From Dialister sp. CAG:486 (lineage in GTDB: Bacteria > Bacteroidota > Bacteroidia > Bacteroidales > Paludibacteraceae), in assembly GCA_963635385.1 (NCBI GenBank), contig CAVHGD010000009.1, forward strand, positions 1 to 46,241: a stretch of 46,241 nt of DNA, in the 5' to 3' direction. Made by a program: the position numbers and the translations under genes. Below, in pieces: positions 31,818-41,281 of this stretch. Under the pieces are notes generated by a model. It worked only from the letters and a program-made list of their open reading frames with translations. It had not been told where the DNA came from and did no database searches. How positions within the stretch are numbered: the first letter of the stretch is position 1; each line of letters begins with the position of its first letter.

Positions 31818-34256
31818 ATGCATATCAATCGTGTTTTTCTTCTGCTGCTCGCTTTCGTTTGTTTTGCAGCCGGGCTCTCGGCCCAACGCTATACCATTAG
31901 CGGATATATCACAGACGCCGAATCGGGCGAACGACTGTTAGGCGCATCGATTTACGACACCATCTCACGCCAAGGTGTGGTCAGCAACAATGCCGGATTC
32001 TTCACGCTGACGCTGCCCGCAGGCGAGCATGCCCTACAAGCCAACTACGTAGGCTATCACCCTTCGGCCGTACAAGTGCTGACGCTTAGCCGCGACACCA
32101 CCCTATCGGTGCTGCTGCGCTCCTCGCTCCGATTAGAGGAAGTGGAGGTGGTGGGACGCCGCTCCGTTAGCGGACCGCAAGCCGTACAGATGTCCGCCAT
32201 TGAAGTGCCCGTTGGGCAGATTCAGAACATTCCCGCCATAGGCGGCGAGGTGGATGTGCTGAAAGCCATTCAGCTGCTGCCGGGCGTACAATCGGGCTCA
32301 GAAGGCAATTCGGGTATCTATGTGCGTGGCGGTGGCCCCGATGAAAACCTGATTATGTTAGACGGCGTGCCGCTCTACAATGTGAGCCACGCCATGGGAA
32401 TGTTCTCGGTATTCAACGCAGACGCCATAAAGAGCGTGACGCTATACAAAGGCAACTTCCCCGCTCGATTCGGTTCCCGCTTGAGCTCGGTGATAGACAT
32501 CCACACCAACGACGGCAACAACAGCTTCTGGCACGGCGGCATCACGGTCGGACTGATTGCCTCGAAACTGAATTTGGAAGGTCCGATATTCACTAAACGG
32601 CAATTGGACTCGCTCAAGCAAGGCTACGAACCGCGTGCGAAAACAACTTTCAATATCTCGGCTCGACGCACCTACTACGACCTTATCATGGCCCCCATTA
32701 TGTCCACCGTAACGGCTGCTATGGGCGAAGGGATCTCATCGGCGGGCGGATATTACTTCTACGACGTGAATGCCAAAGTGGCCCACACCTTCTCCGACAA
32801 AGACAAACTGACCGCCTCTTTCTACATGGGCGATGACGTGATGTATGCACGCACCTCGGAGAAAGACAAAGACGAATACGGGAAAACCGAAAAGACAAAG
32901 CTGAACATGCGTTTTACATGGGGCAACATTCTGGCGGCCGTCAACTGGGAGCACCAACTGTCGTCTCATCTCTATAGTAATGTGCAGGCGGCTTACACCC
33001 GATATCTGTTTCGGGTGGGGCAATCGATGACGTCAAGCGGTTCGGGCTTCTCGTTCGACCAATCGATGTCGTACGCCTCGACCATCCACGATGCGGCTCT
33101 ATCCGCCCAATTCGACTACGCCCCGACCAACCAACACGACATCAAATTCGGCGCAAACTACACCTATCACAATTTCCGCCCGTCGATAGGGAACTTCTAT
33201 CTCTACGAGAAAGATGAGGCAGAAACGTTCAAGGAAGACACCACCTACGGGGGATACACCATTCACGGACACGAGGCAGCGCTGTTTATCGAAGACACCT
33301 ATTCGCCATGGCAATGGCTGCGACTGAATGTGGGACTACGCGGCGCACTCTACGGACTGAACGGAAAAGTATATCCGTCCATCGAGCCGCGCGTGGGACT
33401 GCGGGCACTGCTATACAAAGACTTGGCGTTCAAAGTGTCGTACTCGTACATGTCGCAATATGTGCACCTGCTGTCCAACTCCTCGGTAACGCTCCCCACC
33501 GACCTGTGGGTGCCGATAACCAAAAAGATACCACCGATGCGCTCGATGCAAGTGGCGGCGGGGCTGTCGTACAACATTCTTAATCAGGTGGAGATATCGG
33601 TCGAGGGCTATTACAAATACTCGAAGAACCTGATGGAATACAAAGAGGGTGCCACCTTCTCGTTCAGTGCGCACAACTGGGATGAGCAAGTGGTGCTCGG
33701 CAATGGCTGGAGCTACGGAGTAGAAGTGCTGCTACAACGCTCCGTCGGCCCCGTGACGGGCTGGGTGGGCTACACGTGGAGCCGCACGATGCGCCAATTT
33801 GATGCGCTAAACTACGGAAAGCCTTTCCACGCCAAGTACGACCGAGAGCACGACGTGTCGATAACGCTACAATATGCCATCACCAAGCTGTTTGACATCT
33901 CCGCCACCTTTGTGTATGGCACAGGCAACCGCGCCACGTTGGCCACGCAGACCTACTACGACCCGACGCTGGGCAGTTTTATCGACTATGAGCCGGAACG
34001 CAACAACTTCAAGATGCCGGACTACCACCGCATGGACATCGGTATGAATTTCCACGTGCCGCACAAGCGTTCGGGCGATGCCGGTAAGTCGAAAGGCGGA
34101 TGGCTGAAAAATGCGGAACACATTGTGAACATCAGCGTCTATAATGTGTATAACCACCAAAATCCCTATATGCTGTACTCGGCCGGAGATGGGACCCTAT
34201 ACCAAATTTCCATATTCCCCATCCTACCGAGCCTGTCGTATCGCTTCAAGTTCTAA
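31818..34256 (+). CDS. TonB-dependent receptor with an N-terminal CarboxypepD_reg-like domain
   Basis: 812 aa. It has a signal peptide, YTISGYITDAESGERLLGASIY (carboxypeptidase-regulatory-like), a plug region (IYVRGGGPDENLIMLDGVPLYN) and a C-terminal aromatic end ...LSYRFKF. Confidence 0.9.
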   Translation: MHINRVFLLLLAFVCFAAGLSAQRYTISGYITDAESGERLLGASIYDTISRQGVVSNNAGFFTLTLPAGEHALQANYVGYHPSAVQVLTLSRDTTLSVLLRSSLRLEEVEVVGRRSVSGPQAVQMSAIEVPVGQIQNIPAIGGEVDVLKAIQLLPGVQSGSEGNSGIYVRGGGPDENLIMLDGVPLYNVSHAMGMFSVFNADAIKSVTLYKGNFPARFGSRLSSVIDIHTNDGNNSFWHGGITVGLIASKLNLEGPIFTKRQLDSLKQGYEPRAKTTFNISARRTYYDLIMAPIMSTVTAAMGEGISSAGGYYFYDVNAKVAHTFSDKDKLTASFYMGDDVMYARTSEKDKDEYGKTEKTKLNMRFTWGNILAAVNWEHQLSSHLYSNVQAAYTRYLFRVGQSMTSSGSGFSFDQSMSYASTIHDAALSAQFDYAPTNQHDIKFGANYTYHNFRPSIGNFYLYEKDEAETFKEDTTYGGYTIHGHEAALFIEDTYSPWQWLRLNVGLRGALYGLNGKVYPSIEPRVGLRALLYKDLAFKVSYSYMSQYVHLLSNSSVTLPTDLWVPITKKIPPMRSMQVAAGLSYNILNQVEISVEGYYKYSKNLMEYKEGATFSFSAHNWDEQVVLGNGWSYGVEVLLQRSVGPVTGWVGYTWSRTMRQFDALNYGKPFHAKYDREHDVSITLQYAITKLFDISATFVYGTGNRATLATQTYYDPTLGSFIDYEPERNNFKMPDYHRMDIGMNFHVPHKRSGDAGKSKGGWLKNAEHIVNISVYNVYNHQNPYMLYSAGDGTLYQISIFPILPSLSYRFKF

Positions 34257-34274
34257 TCCAACCTACCCCAAAAT

Positions 34275-35414
34275 ATGCAAACGTTACGAATCCATATACT
34301 CCCCATTCTGCTGCTCGCCGTGCTGCTGACGGCGTGCCGAAAAGAGATAACCTACGATGGCGATGCCTTCGACCCGCTGCTCGTGGTGTCGTCGAATATG
34401 TGCGCCGACAGTGCTCTCTGCTGCTATCTGACCGCCACGACCTCCACGTACGGCGATTTTCCGACGGACAGTCTATACCAGCGCTCGAAAAACTACGTGA
34501 CCGATGCCACGGTGCAGATGCGTATCAACGGCGGGGCTTGGCTGCCGACCATCTACAAAGACAACTGCTACATGGTGGAAGGCGTACAAGCCCAAGCGGG
34601 CGACCGGATAGACCTAAAAGTGGAGAACAGCGGATACGACAAAGCCTCAGCGACCGAACAAGTGCCGGAGAAACTGACTATCACAGCCGTCCATACCGCC
34701 GACCGCTACCCTGTTGCCAACGACAGCGGATGGGTACAGTTCGCTTTAGACATCGCTCCCTACTCGGCAGAAGACAGTGCCTACATCGGGATAAAACTCA
34801 TCGGAGGCAGTTTTATCTGTGTGAAACAGAAAGTACAGCGTGTATCCGAAAGAGTGGATGACGGAGCGGGACACTTCTACTATACAGACCGATACGACAC
34901 CACTGCCGTGCGGGACACCGTAGCGTTGGACTACCTCTACACAAGCGGTGAGCGATGGAATATGTATCTCAACAACCATGCCTTAGGCTCCCCCTACTAT
35001 GGGGTGGACAAAGGAGAATGGATGTATCTATCCACCGCCCATGCACGCGAAGGACTCAGCTTGGACCTGTTTGCGGAACATTGTTGGGATTATGAACAAA
35101 TCGCAGGATTGGATAGCGTAGAGGTACAGAATTTGCAGCTTGAGATACGAACCTTCTCGCTCAACCACATACGCTACCTAACCACCATTGAGCGCAACAA
35201 AGGGAGAAGCGGATATATACGGCTGCCCTCCTTTACCGAATATGACGACCAATATGATGATGAAGAGGAGTTTGACATCATAGAAGAACTACTCGAACTA
35301 TTGGCTGAGCTGAGCATGTTGGGCGGACAAGAAGGCGTCACTATCTACTCGAATGTAGACGGCGCAATCGGCTGCGTGAGAGCCTACACCACGCAAACCG
35401 TAGAGGTGTACTGA
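34275..35414 (+). CDS. Lipoprotein, DUF4249-like partner of the TonB-dependent receptor
   Basis: 379 aa. It has a lipoprotein signal (LLLAVLLTAC). Its position directly after a CarboxypepD_reg-type receptor is the usual DUF4249 context. It has an acidic C-terminal stretch (YDDQYDDEEEFDIIEELLELL). The family call is from context and memory. Confidence 0.5.
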   Translation: MQTLRIHILPILLLAVLLTACRKEITYDGDAFDPLLVVSSNMCADSALCCYLTATTSTYGDFPTDSLYQRSKNYVTDATVQMRINGGAWLPTIYKDNCYMVEGVQAQAGDRIDLKVENSGYDKASATEQVPEKLTITAVHTADRYPVANDSGWVQFALDIAPYSAEDSAYIGIKLIGGSFICVKQKVQRVSERVDDGAGHFYYTDRYDTTAVRDTVALDYLYTSGERWNMYLNNHALGSPYYGVDKGEWMYLSTAHAREGLSLDLFAEHCWDYEQIAGLDSVEVQNLQLEIRTFSLNHIRYLTTIERNKGRSGYIRLPSFTEYDDQYDDEEEFDIIEELLELLAELSMLGGQEGVTIYSNVDGAIGCVRAYTTQTVEVY

Positions 35415-35480
35415 TTAGGAATTAGGAATTAGGAATTAGGAATTGAGGTTAGGAATTGAGGTTAGGAATTGGAAATTAAA
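35415..35480 (+). repeat. TTAGGAATT microsatellite-like array
   Basis: TTAGGAATTAGGAATTAGGAATTAGGAATTGAGGTTAGGAATTGAGGTTAGGAATTGGAAATTAAA starts 1 nt after the stop at 35412-35414. Confidence 0.85.
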
Positions 35481-35513
35481 AAACAATAATAAAACAGTAA
35501 GGAACGTTCCCTG

Positions 35514-35597
35514 TTTTTTTCCTTGGTTTTTCCCTGTTTCTTCCTTGTGGTTACCTTGTGGTTGTAACGATTATTCCATTAACAATTAATAAGTAAT
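35514..35597 (+). repeat. TTTTCCTTGGTTTTTCC / TTACCTTGTG / AACAATTAATAA composite repeat (copy A)
   Basis: The 17-mer TTTTCCTTGGTTTTTCC at 35517-35533 and TTACCTTGTG at 35551-35560 recur at 41772-41788 and 41795-41804. ATTAACAATTAATAAG lies at 35578-35593. Confidence 0.8.
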
Positions 35598-35690
35598 ATA
35601 TGGGGGACTGGTTGTGCGAACGATGAGAAGCAGGGACCACCAGCAGCGCACCAAAGACACCTATAAAAACGAAAATAATACTTACGTCGT

Positions 35691-36287
35691 ATGATACAAA
35701 GAATACAAACTCTTTATCTGCTTTTGATTGTGGTACTCGGCATTACTCTATGCTTTGTGCCTGTCGTACAACTGACCACCCCCGAAGAGGCTGCCGAACA
35801 ACGCATGTACGAGATGAAAGCCATCGGATTGCATGAGATTCCAATTAACAATGAACTTGCGTCAATTAACAATGAACAATTAACAATTAACATGCAGAGG
35901 GATAGTGCGGTGCAAACCACCATGGAGAGTATGAAAGCTACAGATAGTGCGGAAACTACTGCTGCGCAGACATCGAAAGGCTTGAACGGGCTGTGGGGAC
36001 TGCTGCTGACAACACTGTGTATTCCCGTGCTGGCGTTGGTGGATATATTCCTCTACAAGAAACGCATCCTGCAAGCACGACTGAATATATTCTTGGCGGT
36101 GCTTTGCATAGGCTACTACGGCATACTGGCCATGTTTATTTGGTTTGCCAAAATGAATCTCGGCACGGAATGGCACCTCTATTTCTGGAGCGGAATCCCC
36201 TTGATATGCCTCGTGCTGACGCTAATGGCAACCCGACGCATTCTGAAAGATGAGGCCCTTGTGCGTGCCGCCGACAGACTGAGATAA
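35691..36287 (+). CDS. DUF4293-like membrane protein with an expanded first loop
   Basis: 198 aa. The MIQRIQTLYLLL start is typical of DUF4293 as I recall it. It has four hydrophobic segments, with about 80 aa between TM1 and TM2 that include repeat-encoded PINNELASINNEQLTINMQ. Confidence 0.65.
   Translation: MIQRIQTLYLLLIVVLGITLCFVPVVQLTTPEEAAEQRMYEMKAIGLHEIPINNELASINNEQLTINMQRDSAVQTTMESMKATDSAETTAAQTSKGLNGLWGLLLTTLCIPVLALVDIFLYKKRILQARLNIFLAVLCIGYYGILAMFIWFAKMNLGTEWHLYFWSGIPLICLVLTLMATRRILKDEALVRAADRLR
35842..35896 (+). repeat. AATTAACA-word repeat embedded in frame in the DUF4293-like CDS (18-mer core at 35878-35895)
   Basis: CAATTAACAATGAACTTGCGTCAATTAACAATGAACAATTAACAATTAACATGCAG. Confidence 0.85.
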
Positions 36288-36322
36288 TTAGGAATTAGGA
36301 ATTAAGAATTAGGAATTAATTC
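36286..36322 (+). repeat. TTAGGAATT array, second copy
   Basis: AATTAGGAATTAGGAATTAAGAATTAGGAATTAATTC overlaps the stop of the DUF4293-like gene. Confidence 0.85.
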
Positions 36323-36334
36323 TAGTAATCCATC

Positions 36335-37336
36335 ATGCTATATTTAGATATTGAGATACCTGCGACGACGCCATCGATTCCGCCCACCGACTCCATTCGG
36401 CAGGTGACGGAGGAGATAATTCGTCAAGCCACCACCGACCCCGAAACCTTTTGGCAAGGGGTGCTGAACAGCGCACTGCACTTCGGGCTGAAAGTGATCG
36501 TGGCATTGCTGATCTATATGATCGGTGCATGGGTGATTCGCCGCATTAAGAAGATACTCTACCGTGTATTCGAGCGGCGACACACCGAGCGCACGCTGGC
36601 GACCTTTATCTCCTCGCTGGTCAGCATCACGCTGACTGTACTATTGGTATTGGCTACCATCGGCACCTTAGGTGTAGACACCACCTCGTTTGCCGCCCTG
36701 CTAACCGCAGGCGGTATGGCGATAGGTATGGCGCTGTCGGGTACGGTGCAGAACTTTGCGGGCGGAATCATGCTGCTGATATTCCGCCCCTTCAAAGCGG
36801 GCGACTTTATCAAAGCCAGTGGCGAGTCGGGAACCGTGATGGAAGTAACGATCGTATCGACCAAGATACTGACTACGGACAACCGTGTCATCATTCTGCC
36901 CAATGGCGCTCTCTTCAGCGGGAACATTGAGAATGTGTCCGCCCAACCGCTTCGGCGAGTGGAATGGACGGTAAGTGTGGAATACGGTTCCGATGCGCAA
37001 CTGTGTATGGACACCCTGCAGGAAATACTCCATTCCGACAGCCGCATACTCACATCGAAGGACAAACGCCCCAAGACGGACTCTCGCTCAGCGGTAAAAA
37101 CGAGCGACTTGCCGATACCCGACCCCTTTGTAGCACTCTCCTCGCTCAACAGCAACGACATATCGTTCTTGGTTCGGGCATGGGTACGCTCGGCAGACTA
37201 TTGGGATGTGTTCTACGACCTGAATAAACGATTCTACACCGAACTGCCGCAACACGGATTCGGGTTTGCTTACCCGCATGTGGATGTAAATATTCTGTCC
37301 GCACCGGCAAGCGGCACGGACAAACCGAAAGCATAG
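36335..37336 (+). CDS. Mechanosensitive ion channel family protein (MscS-like)
   Basis: 333 aa. It has three TM segments, then FKAGDFIKASGESGTVMEVTIVSTKILTTDNRVIILPNGALFSGNIENVS (MscS beta-domain pattern). Confidence 0.88.
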   Translation: MLYLDIEIPATTPSIPPTDSIRQVTEEIIRQATTDPETFWQGVLNSALHFGLKVIVALLIYMIGAWVIRRIKKILYRVFERRHTERTLATFISSLVSITLTVLLVLATIGTLGVDTTSFAALLTAGGMAIGMALSGTVQNFAGGIMLLIFRPFKAGDFIKASGESGTVMEVTIVSTKILTTDNRVIILPNGALFSGNIENVSAQPLRRVEWTVSVEYGSDAQLCMDTLQEILHSDSRILTSKDKRPKTDSRSAVKTSDLPIPDPFVALSSLNSNDISFLVRAWVRSADYWDVFYDLNKRFYTELPQHGFGFAYPHVDVNILSAPASGTDKPKA

Positions 37337-37337
37337 T

Positions 37338-38441
37338 ATGGAGACACTATTAGGAAAAACGGTATCGGAGCTGCAAGAAGTGGCGCTGAGTGTGGGCTTG
37401 CAGAAGTTTGCGGGCAAACAATTGGCGGAGTGGCTGTACAAGCGGCGAGCCACCTCGTTTGATGAGATGACCAACATCTCGTTGCGGGGGCGGCAGGCAT
37501 TGGCGGAACGCTACACAATAGGGCGCCATGCCCCCGTGGCACACGCCGAGTCGGAAGACGGCACGCGAAAGTTCCTCTTCCAAATAGGCGACCAATACAT
37601 CGAGTCGGTCTATATTCCGGAAGACGACCGTGCCACGCTCTGCGTATCGACCCAAATGGGCTGCAAGATGGGCTGCCGTTTCTGCATGACGGGCACTTTG
37701 GGCTTCCACGGACAACTGACCGCCGGCGAGATACTCAACCAGATACTCTATTTCCCGCTGACCTCACAGACACCGACTCCCCCTGCTATCTCTAAGGAGG
37801 GAGAGAAAGATTTGCTGCCCCTAACCAACATCGTCTATATGGGCGAGGGGGAGCCGATGGACAACCTCGATAACGTACTGCGCTCGCTGGAGGTGATGAC
37901 CGCCGAGTGGGGCTGCGCATGGTCGGCAAAGCGTATCACGGTGTCGTCTGTGGGCGTGCTGCCACAACTGAAACGCTATTTGGACGAGAGCGAGTGCCAT
38001 TTGGCTATCTCGCTGCACAATCCGTTCGGGCGAGAACGGAGCGAGATAATGCCCGCCGAAAAGATGTACCCGCTAACGGATGTGCTGAGCCTGCTCAAGC
38101 AGTACGACTGGGCGCACCAACGGCGAATCAGTTTTGAGTATATCTGCTGGGCGGGGCAAAACGACACGCCCAAACATGCTAAGGAGTTGGTTCGGCTGCT
38201 TCGGGGATTGAATTGCCGTGTGAACTTGATACGCTTCCATGCCGGCGTGGAAGAAGTGTCGCACCGAGCCGAACAGCAGACCTTCCCCGCCAGCGATGAG
38301 CGGCAAATGGAATGGCTGCGCGACTACTTGACGGACAATGGTGTAACGACCACCATCCGCCGAAGCCGCGGCGAAGACATCCTCGCCGCTTGCGGTATGC
38401 TCGTCAACGCCCTGCAAAACGAATCGAAACATAGCGTATGA
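37338..38441 (+). CDS. rlmN: 23S rRNA/tRNA (adenine-C2)-methyltransferase RlmN (radical SAM)
   Basis: 367 aa. CVSTQMGCKMGCRFCMTG (CxxxCxxC), IVYMGEGEP, the GEDILAACG end, and the SAM-dependent RlmN/Cfr layout. Confidence 0.9.
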   Translation: METLLGKTVSELQEVALSVGLQKFAGKQLAEWLYKRRATSFDEMTNISLRGRQALAERYTIGRHAPVAHAESEDGTRKFLFQIGDQYIESVYIPEDDRATLCVSTQMGCKMGCRFCMTGTLGFHGQLTAGEILNQILYFPLTSQTPTPPAISKEGEKDLLPLTNIVYMGEGEPMDNLDNVLRSLEVMTAEWGCAWSAKRITVSSVGVLPQLKRYLDESECHLAISLHNPFGRERSEIMPAEKMYPLTDVLSLLKQYDWAHQRRISFEYICWAGQNDTPKHAKELVRLLRGLNCRVNLIRFHAGVEEVSHRAEQQTFPASDERQMEWLRDYLTDNGVTTTIRRSRGEDILAACGMLVNALQNESKHSV

Positions 38442-38995
38442 CACCCCAAAACGAAACGATTACCCTGCACGAGATTACGACAGCGGATAGTGCGTACTCG
38501 TTTGTCGAAAATCTATGGCTCAACGCCTTTCCCGAAATAGAACGCAGGGACACCGCCGAGCAACGAGCTAAAATAGACCAAGGAGAGCTGCTGCATTGTA
38601 TGGTGGCCCGACTGCAAGAGCGCCCTATCGGGCTATTTACCTATTGGGACTTCGGCACATTCGCCTACGGGGAACACTTTGCGACGGACACGACGGTGCG
38701 TGGGAACGGCTACGGAGCGCAAATCATACAGCAAGTGCTTCACAGAACGAGCAAACCGTTCATACTCGAAGTGGAATTGCCCGAAAACGAGATGAGCCGG
38801 CGGCGAATCGCATTCTACAAGCGAAATGGGCTCGAGCTGCGGCAAGATGTGGAATATATTCAGCCCTCGTATCGGATTGGTGCCGGTGCAGAGCTGCCTA
38901 TGGCACTGATGACCACGCCGGACTTTGACCGACAAGTAGCTATCCACGAAGCCATCCGCACCATTCGCACGTATGTGTATGGCTGCGAGAGATAA
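38438..38995 (+). CDS. GNAT-family N-acetyltransferase
   Basis: 185 aa. VRGNGYGAQIIQQVL (R/Q-x-x-G-x-G/A acetyl-CoA motif) and FYKRNGL. Its ATGA overlaps rlmN. Confidence 0.7.
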   Translation: MTPQNETITLHEITTADSAYSFVENLWLNAFPEIERRDTAEQRAKIDQGELLHCMVARLQERPIGLFTYWDFGTFAYGEHFATDTTVRGNGYGAQIIQQVLHRTSKPFILEVELPENEMSRRRIAFYKRNGLELRQDVEYIQPSYRIGAGAELPMALMTTPDFDRQVAIHEAIRTIRTYVYGCER

Positions 38996-39009
38996 GACAA
39001 CAGGACAAG

Positions 39010-39057
39010 AAACAGACACGCCCAGCGGGATTGACTCTCGTTGGGCGTGTTTCTTTG
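39010..39057 (+). terminator. Terminator hairpin in the convergent GNAT / DUF2520 spacer
   Basis: ACACGCCCA (39016-39024) pairs with TGGGCGTGT (39042-39050), followed by TTCTTTGTATT. Confidence 0.6.
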
Positions 39058-39116
39058 TATTGTACTATAAATCAAACAGTTCGACTATCATACGATAGCG
39101 ATACCAGTTATTCGCA

Positions 39117-39830
39117 TTAGGAGCGGTAGTTCTGCTGAATCATGGCAGACAGCAGCCGATAGACTTCTCGCTCCTGCTCCGAGGACAAGAGCGAAAGATG
39201 GTGCTGCATGACCGCCGTATCGCCCCGCCGAGCCGGACCCGTCTGCGCCTCACGAGGCGAGAGCGTATGCACCTTGGCGGCCGTTTGGTCTATTAACGGC
39301 AGCAGGACTTGGAACGGAATCGTTGTATTCTGCAGTAAATCAGCAGCTATCGAATACATCAAGTTTGAGAAATTATTGGCAAACACCCCCGCCACATGCA
39401 GGCGCTCCCGCTCGGCTTGCGTCGTCTCGTAGATGTGCGAAGTGAGCGTCTGCGCAAGCGTGTAGATGGCCGTCACATCGTCGAGCGTACTTCCCTCAAT
39501 GAAAACAGGGATAGAACGGAAATCGTCGATGAGCCGGGCCTTGCTGAACGACTGAAAGAAATAGAGCACGCCCGCATGCGGTTTGTCCGCACCGAAAACC
39601 GAAAGCGGCATCGTGCCCGATGTATGCACGTGCAGGGCTTGCGGCGCATGCACTTGCGCTACGACTTGCGCCAGCGCCTCATCCCGAACGGCATAGATAA
39701 ACACATCCGCATCGGGCAGAGAATCCAGCCCCTCACGAGAGGAAACCATATTGACCGAGACGCCATTCAAGCCAAACGCATGCTGCAAGTTGCACGCCAC
39801 ATTGCCCGTTCCCACAATAGTGATACGCAT
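39117..39830 (-). CDS. Rossmann-like NAD(P)-binding plus DUF2520 domain protein
   Basis: The ORF track extends to 40316 through the 3' end of the neighbouring gene. The real start is the ATG at 39830 (MRITIVGTGNVACNL, a dinucleotide-binding GxGxxA-like motif). The C-terminal GPARRGD...HL..L is typical of DUF2520. Confidence 0.7.
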   Translation of the reverse strand: MRITIVGTGNVACNLQHAFGLNGVSVNMVSSREGLDSLPDADVFIYAVRDEALAQVVAQVHAPQALHVHTSGTMPLSVFGADKPHAGVLYFFQSFSKARLIDDFRSIPVFIEGSTLDDVTAIYTLAQTLTSHIYETTQAERERLHVAGVFANNFSNLMYSIAADLLQNTTIPFQVLLPLIDQTAAKVHTLSPREAQTGPARRGDTAVMQHHLSLLSSEQEREVYRLLSAMIQQNYRS

Positions 39831-39841
39831 AGTCTGTATAG

Positions 39842-41224
39842 TTAGTCTGCTATCAGAGCAGGGTAATTTTTGTAGAATTCGGTGACGGCAACGATACCTT
39901 TCTCCCACACCTCCAAATCCATCGACTCGTTGGGTGAATGGATGGCGTTCTGCTCGAGCCCGAAGCCCATCAGAATGGTTTTCACGCCCAATATCTGCTC
40001 GAATGTGGAAATGATAGGAATACTTCCGCCTCGGCGAGCCGCCAACGGACGCTTGCCGAATGCCACCTCGAATCCTTTCTCCGCCGCACGATAAGCGGGC
40101 AAATCGATGGGGCAGACATAGCCCTGCCCGCCATGCATCGGTGTGACGGACACACGCACACCCGCCGGGGCGAGCTGCTGCATATAATCGGCAAAAGCCT
40201 GCGAAATCTCGGTATGGGACTGGTTCGCCACCAAGCGACACGACACCTTGGCATACGCACGGATCGGCAGCACCGTCTTGCTCCCTTCGCCCGTGTAGCC
40301 GCCCCACATACCACAAATATCAAACGAGGGGCGGCACGAGTTGCGCTCGAGCGTGGAATAGCCGACCTCGCCTGCCACATCCTCCACGCCGATGGACTGC
40401 TTGTACTTTTCCAAATCGAAGGGGATATGCGCTATCATTTCGCGCTCCTCGGCCGGAATGGGCAACACTCGGTCGTAGAAATGCGGAATCGTGATGCGCC
40501 CCTCCTTGTCTATCACCTGTGCCAACATCTCACACAAGGCATTGAGCGGATTCTTGACCGCCCCGCCGAAATGGCCGGAATGCAAATCCCGATTCGGCCC
40601 CGTAACCTCTATCTGCCAATACGCCAAACCACGCAGACCCGTCGTGATAGAAGGCGTGTCTTTGCCTATCATGGAGGTATCGCTCACCAAGATGACGTCG
40701 CATGCCAACAAGTCTTTATGCTGCTCGACAAAAGCCTCCAACGAAGGACTGCCTATCTCCTCCTCGCCCTCAAAAATGAATTTGACACGACACTGCAGCA
40801 GCCCCTCGTGCGCCATATACTCAAAAGCCTTGGCTTGAATCATGGCCTGCCCCTTGTCGTCGTCCGCCCCACGCGCATACAATCGGCCGTTGCGAACGGT
40901 CGGCTCCCACGGGTCGGACTGCCACTCTTCCAACGGCTCGACGGGCATTACATCGTAATGCGCATAGACCAAGACGGTGGGAAGGGAGGCGGTTGCTTCC
41001 ACATTCGGCGTATATTCGGCAAAAACAAACGGATTGCCCGCCGAGGGCAGTACTTCGGCTCGCTGGCAGCCGGCTGACAACAGCAAATCGCGCCACCGCT
41101 CTGCACAGCGCACCATATCGGCATGATGCTCAGGCTGACAACTGACACTCGGAATGCGAATCAAACTCGCCCACTCGGAGAGAAAACGCTCTCGGTTGGA
41201 CTGAATATAGTCGGAAATATTCAT
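39842..41224 (-). CDS. M20-family dipeptidase / metallohydrolase
   Basis: 460 aa. Motifs: VYAHYDVMP, ARGADDDKGQ, FEGEEEIGS, a dimerisation lid, and HSPNE near the C-terminus. Confidence 0.88.
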   Translation of the reverse strand: MNISDYIQSNRERFLSEWASLIRIPSVSCQPEHHADMVRCAERWRDLLLSAGCQRAEVLPSAGNPFVFAEYTPNVEATASLPTVLVYAHYDVMPVEPLEEWQSDPWEPTVRNGRLYARGADDDKGQAMIQAKAFEYMAHEGLLQCRVKFIFEGEEEIGSPSLEAFVEQHKDLLACDVILVSDTSMIGKDTPSITTGLRGLAYWQIEVTGPNRDLHSGHFGGAVKNPLNALCEMLAQVIDKEGRITIPHFYDRVLPIPAEEREMIAHIPFDLEKYKQSIGVEDVAGEVGYSTLERNSCRPSFDICGMWGGYTGEGSKTVLPIRAYAKVSCRLVANQSHTEISQAFADYMQQLAPAGVRVSVTPMHGGQGYVCPIDLPAYRAAEKGFEVAFGKRPLAARRGGSIPIISTFEQILGVKTILMGFGLEQNAIHSPNESMDLEVWEKGIVAVTEFYKNYPALIAD

Positions 41225-41281
41225 ATTTTTAGTCGTTATTAGTGGTTCGTTTCTATTAGCTGCTCCTAATCCGTTTGCGGT

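Noticed and set aside
35415-35480. Possible CRISPR array (also considered for 36286-36322, 29440-29487 and 44061-44882)
   Set aside because: The repeat units are only 8-16 bp with no unique spacers of 25-40 bp. The 424-bp duplication has the wrong scale. There are no cas genes in the window.
39831-40316. N-terminal 162-codon extension of ORF 39117-40316 (399 aa)
   Set aside because: The extension runs through the 3' part of the M20 dipeptidase gene in another frame and is R/G/C-rich. The Rossmann motif MRITIVGTGN begins at the ATG at 39830, 11 nt after the upstream stop.
39938-41077. 379-aa plus-strand ORF opposite the M20 dipeptidase
   Set aside because: It is an antisense shadow. The minus frame has the M20 metal-binding motifs.
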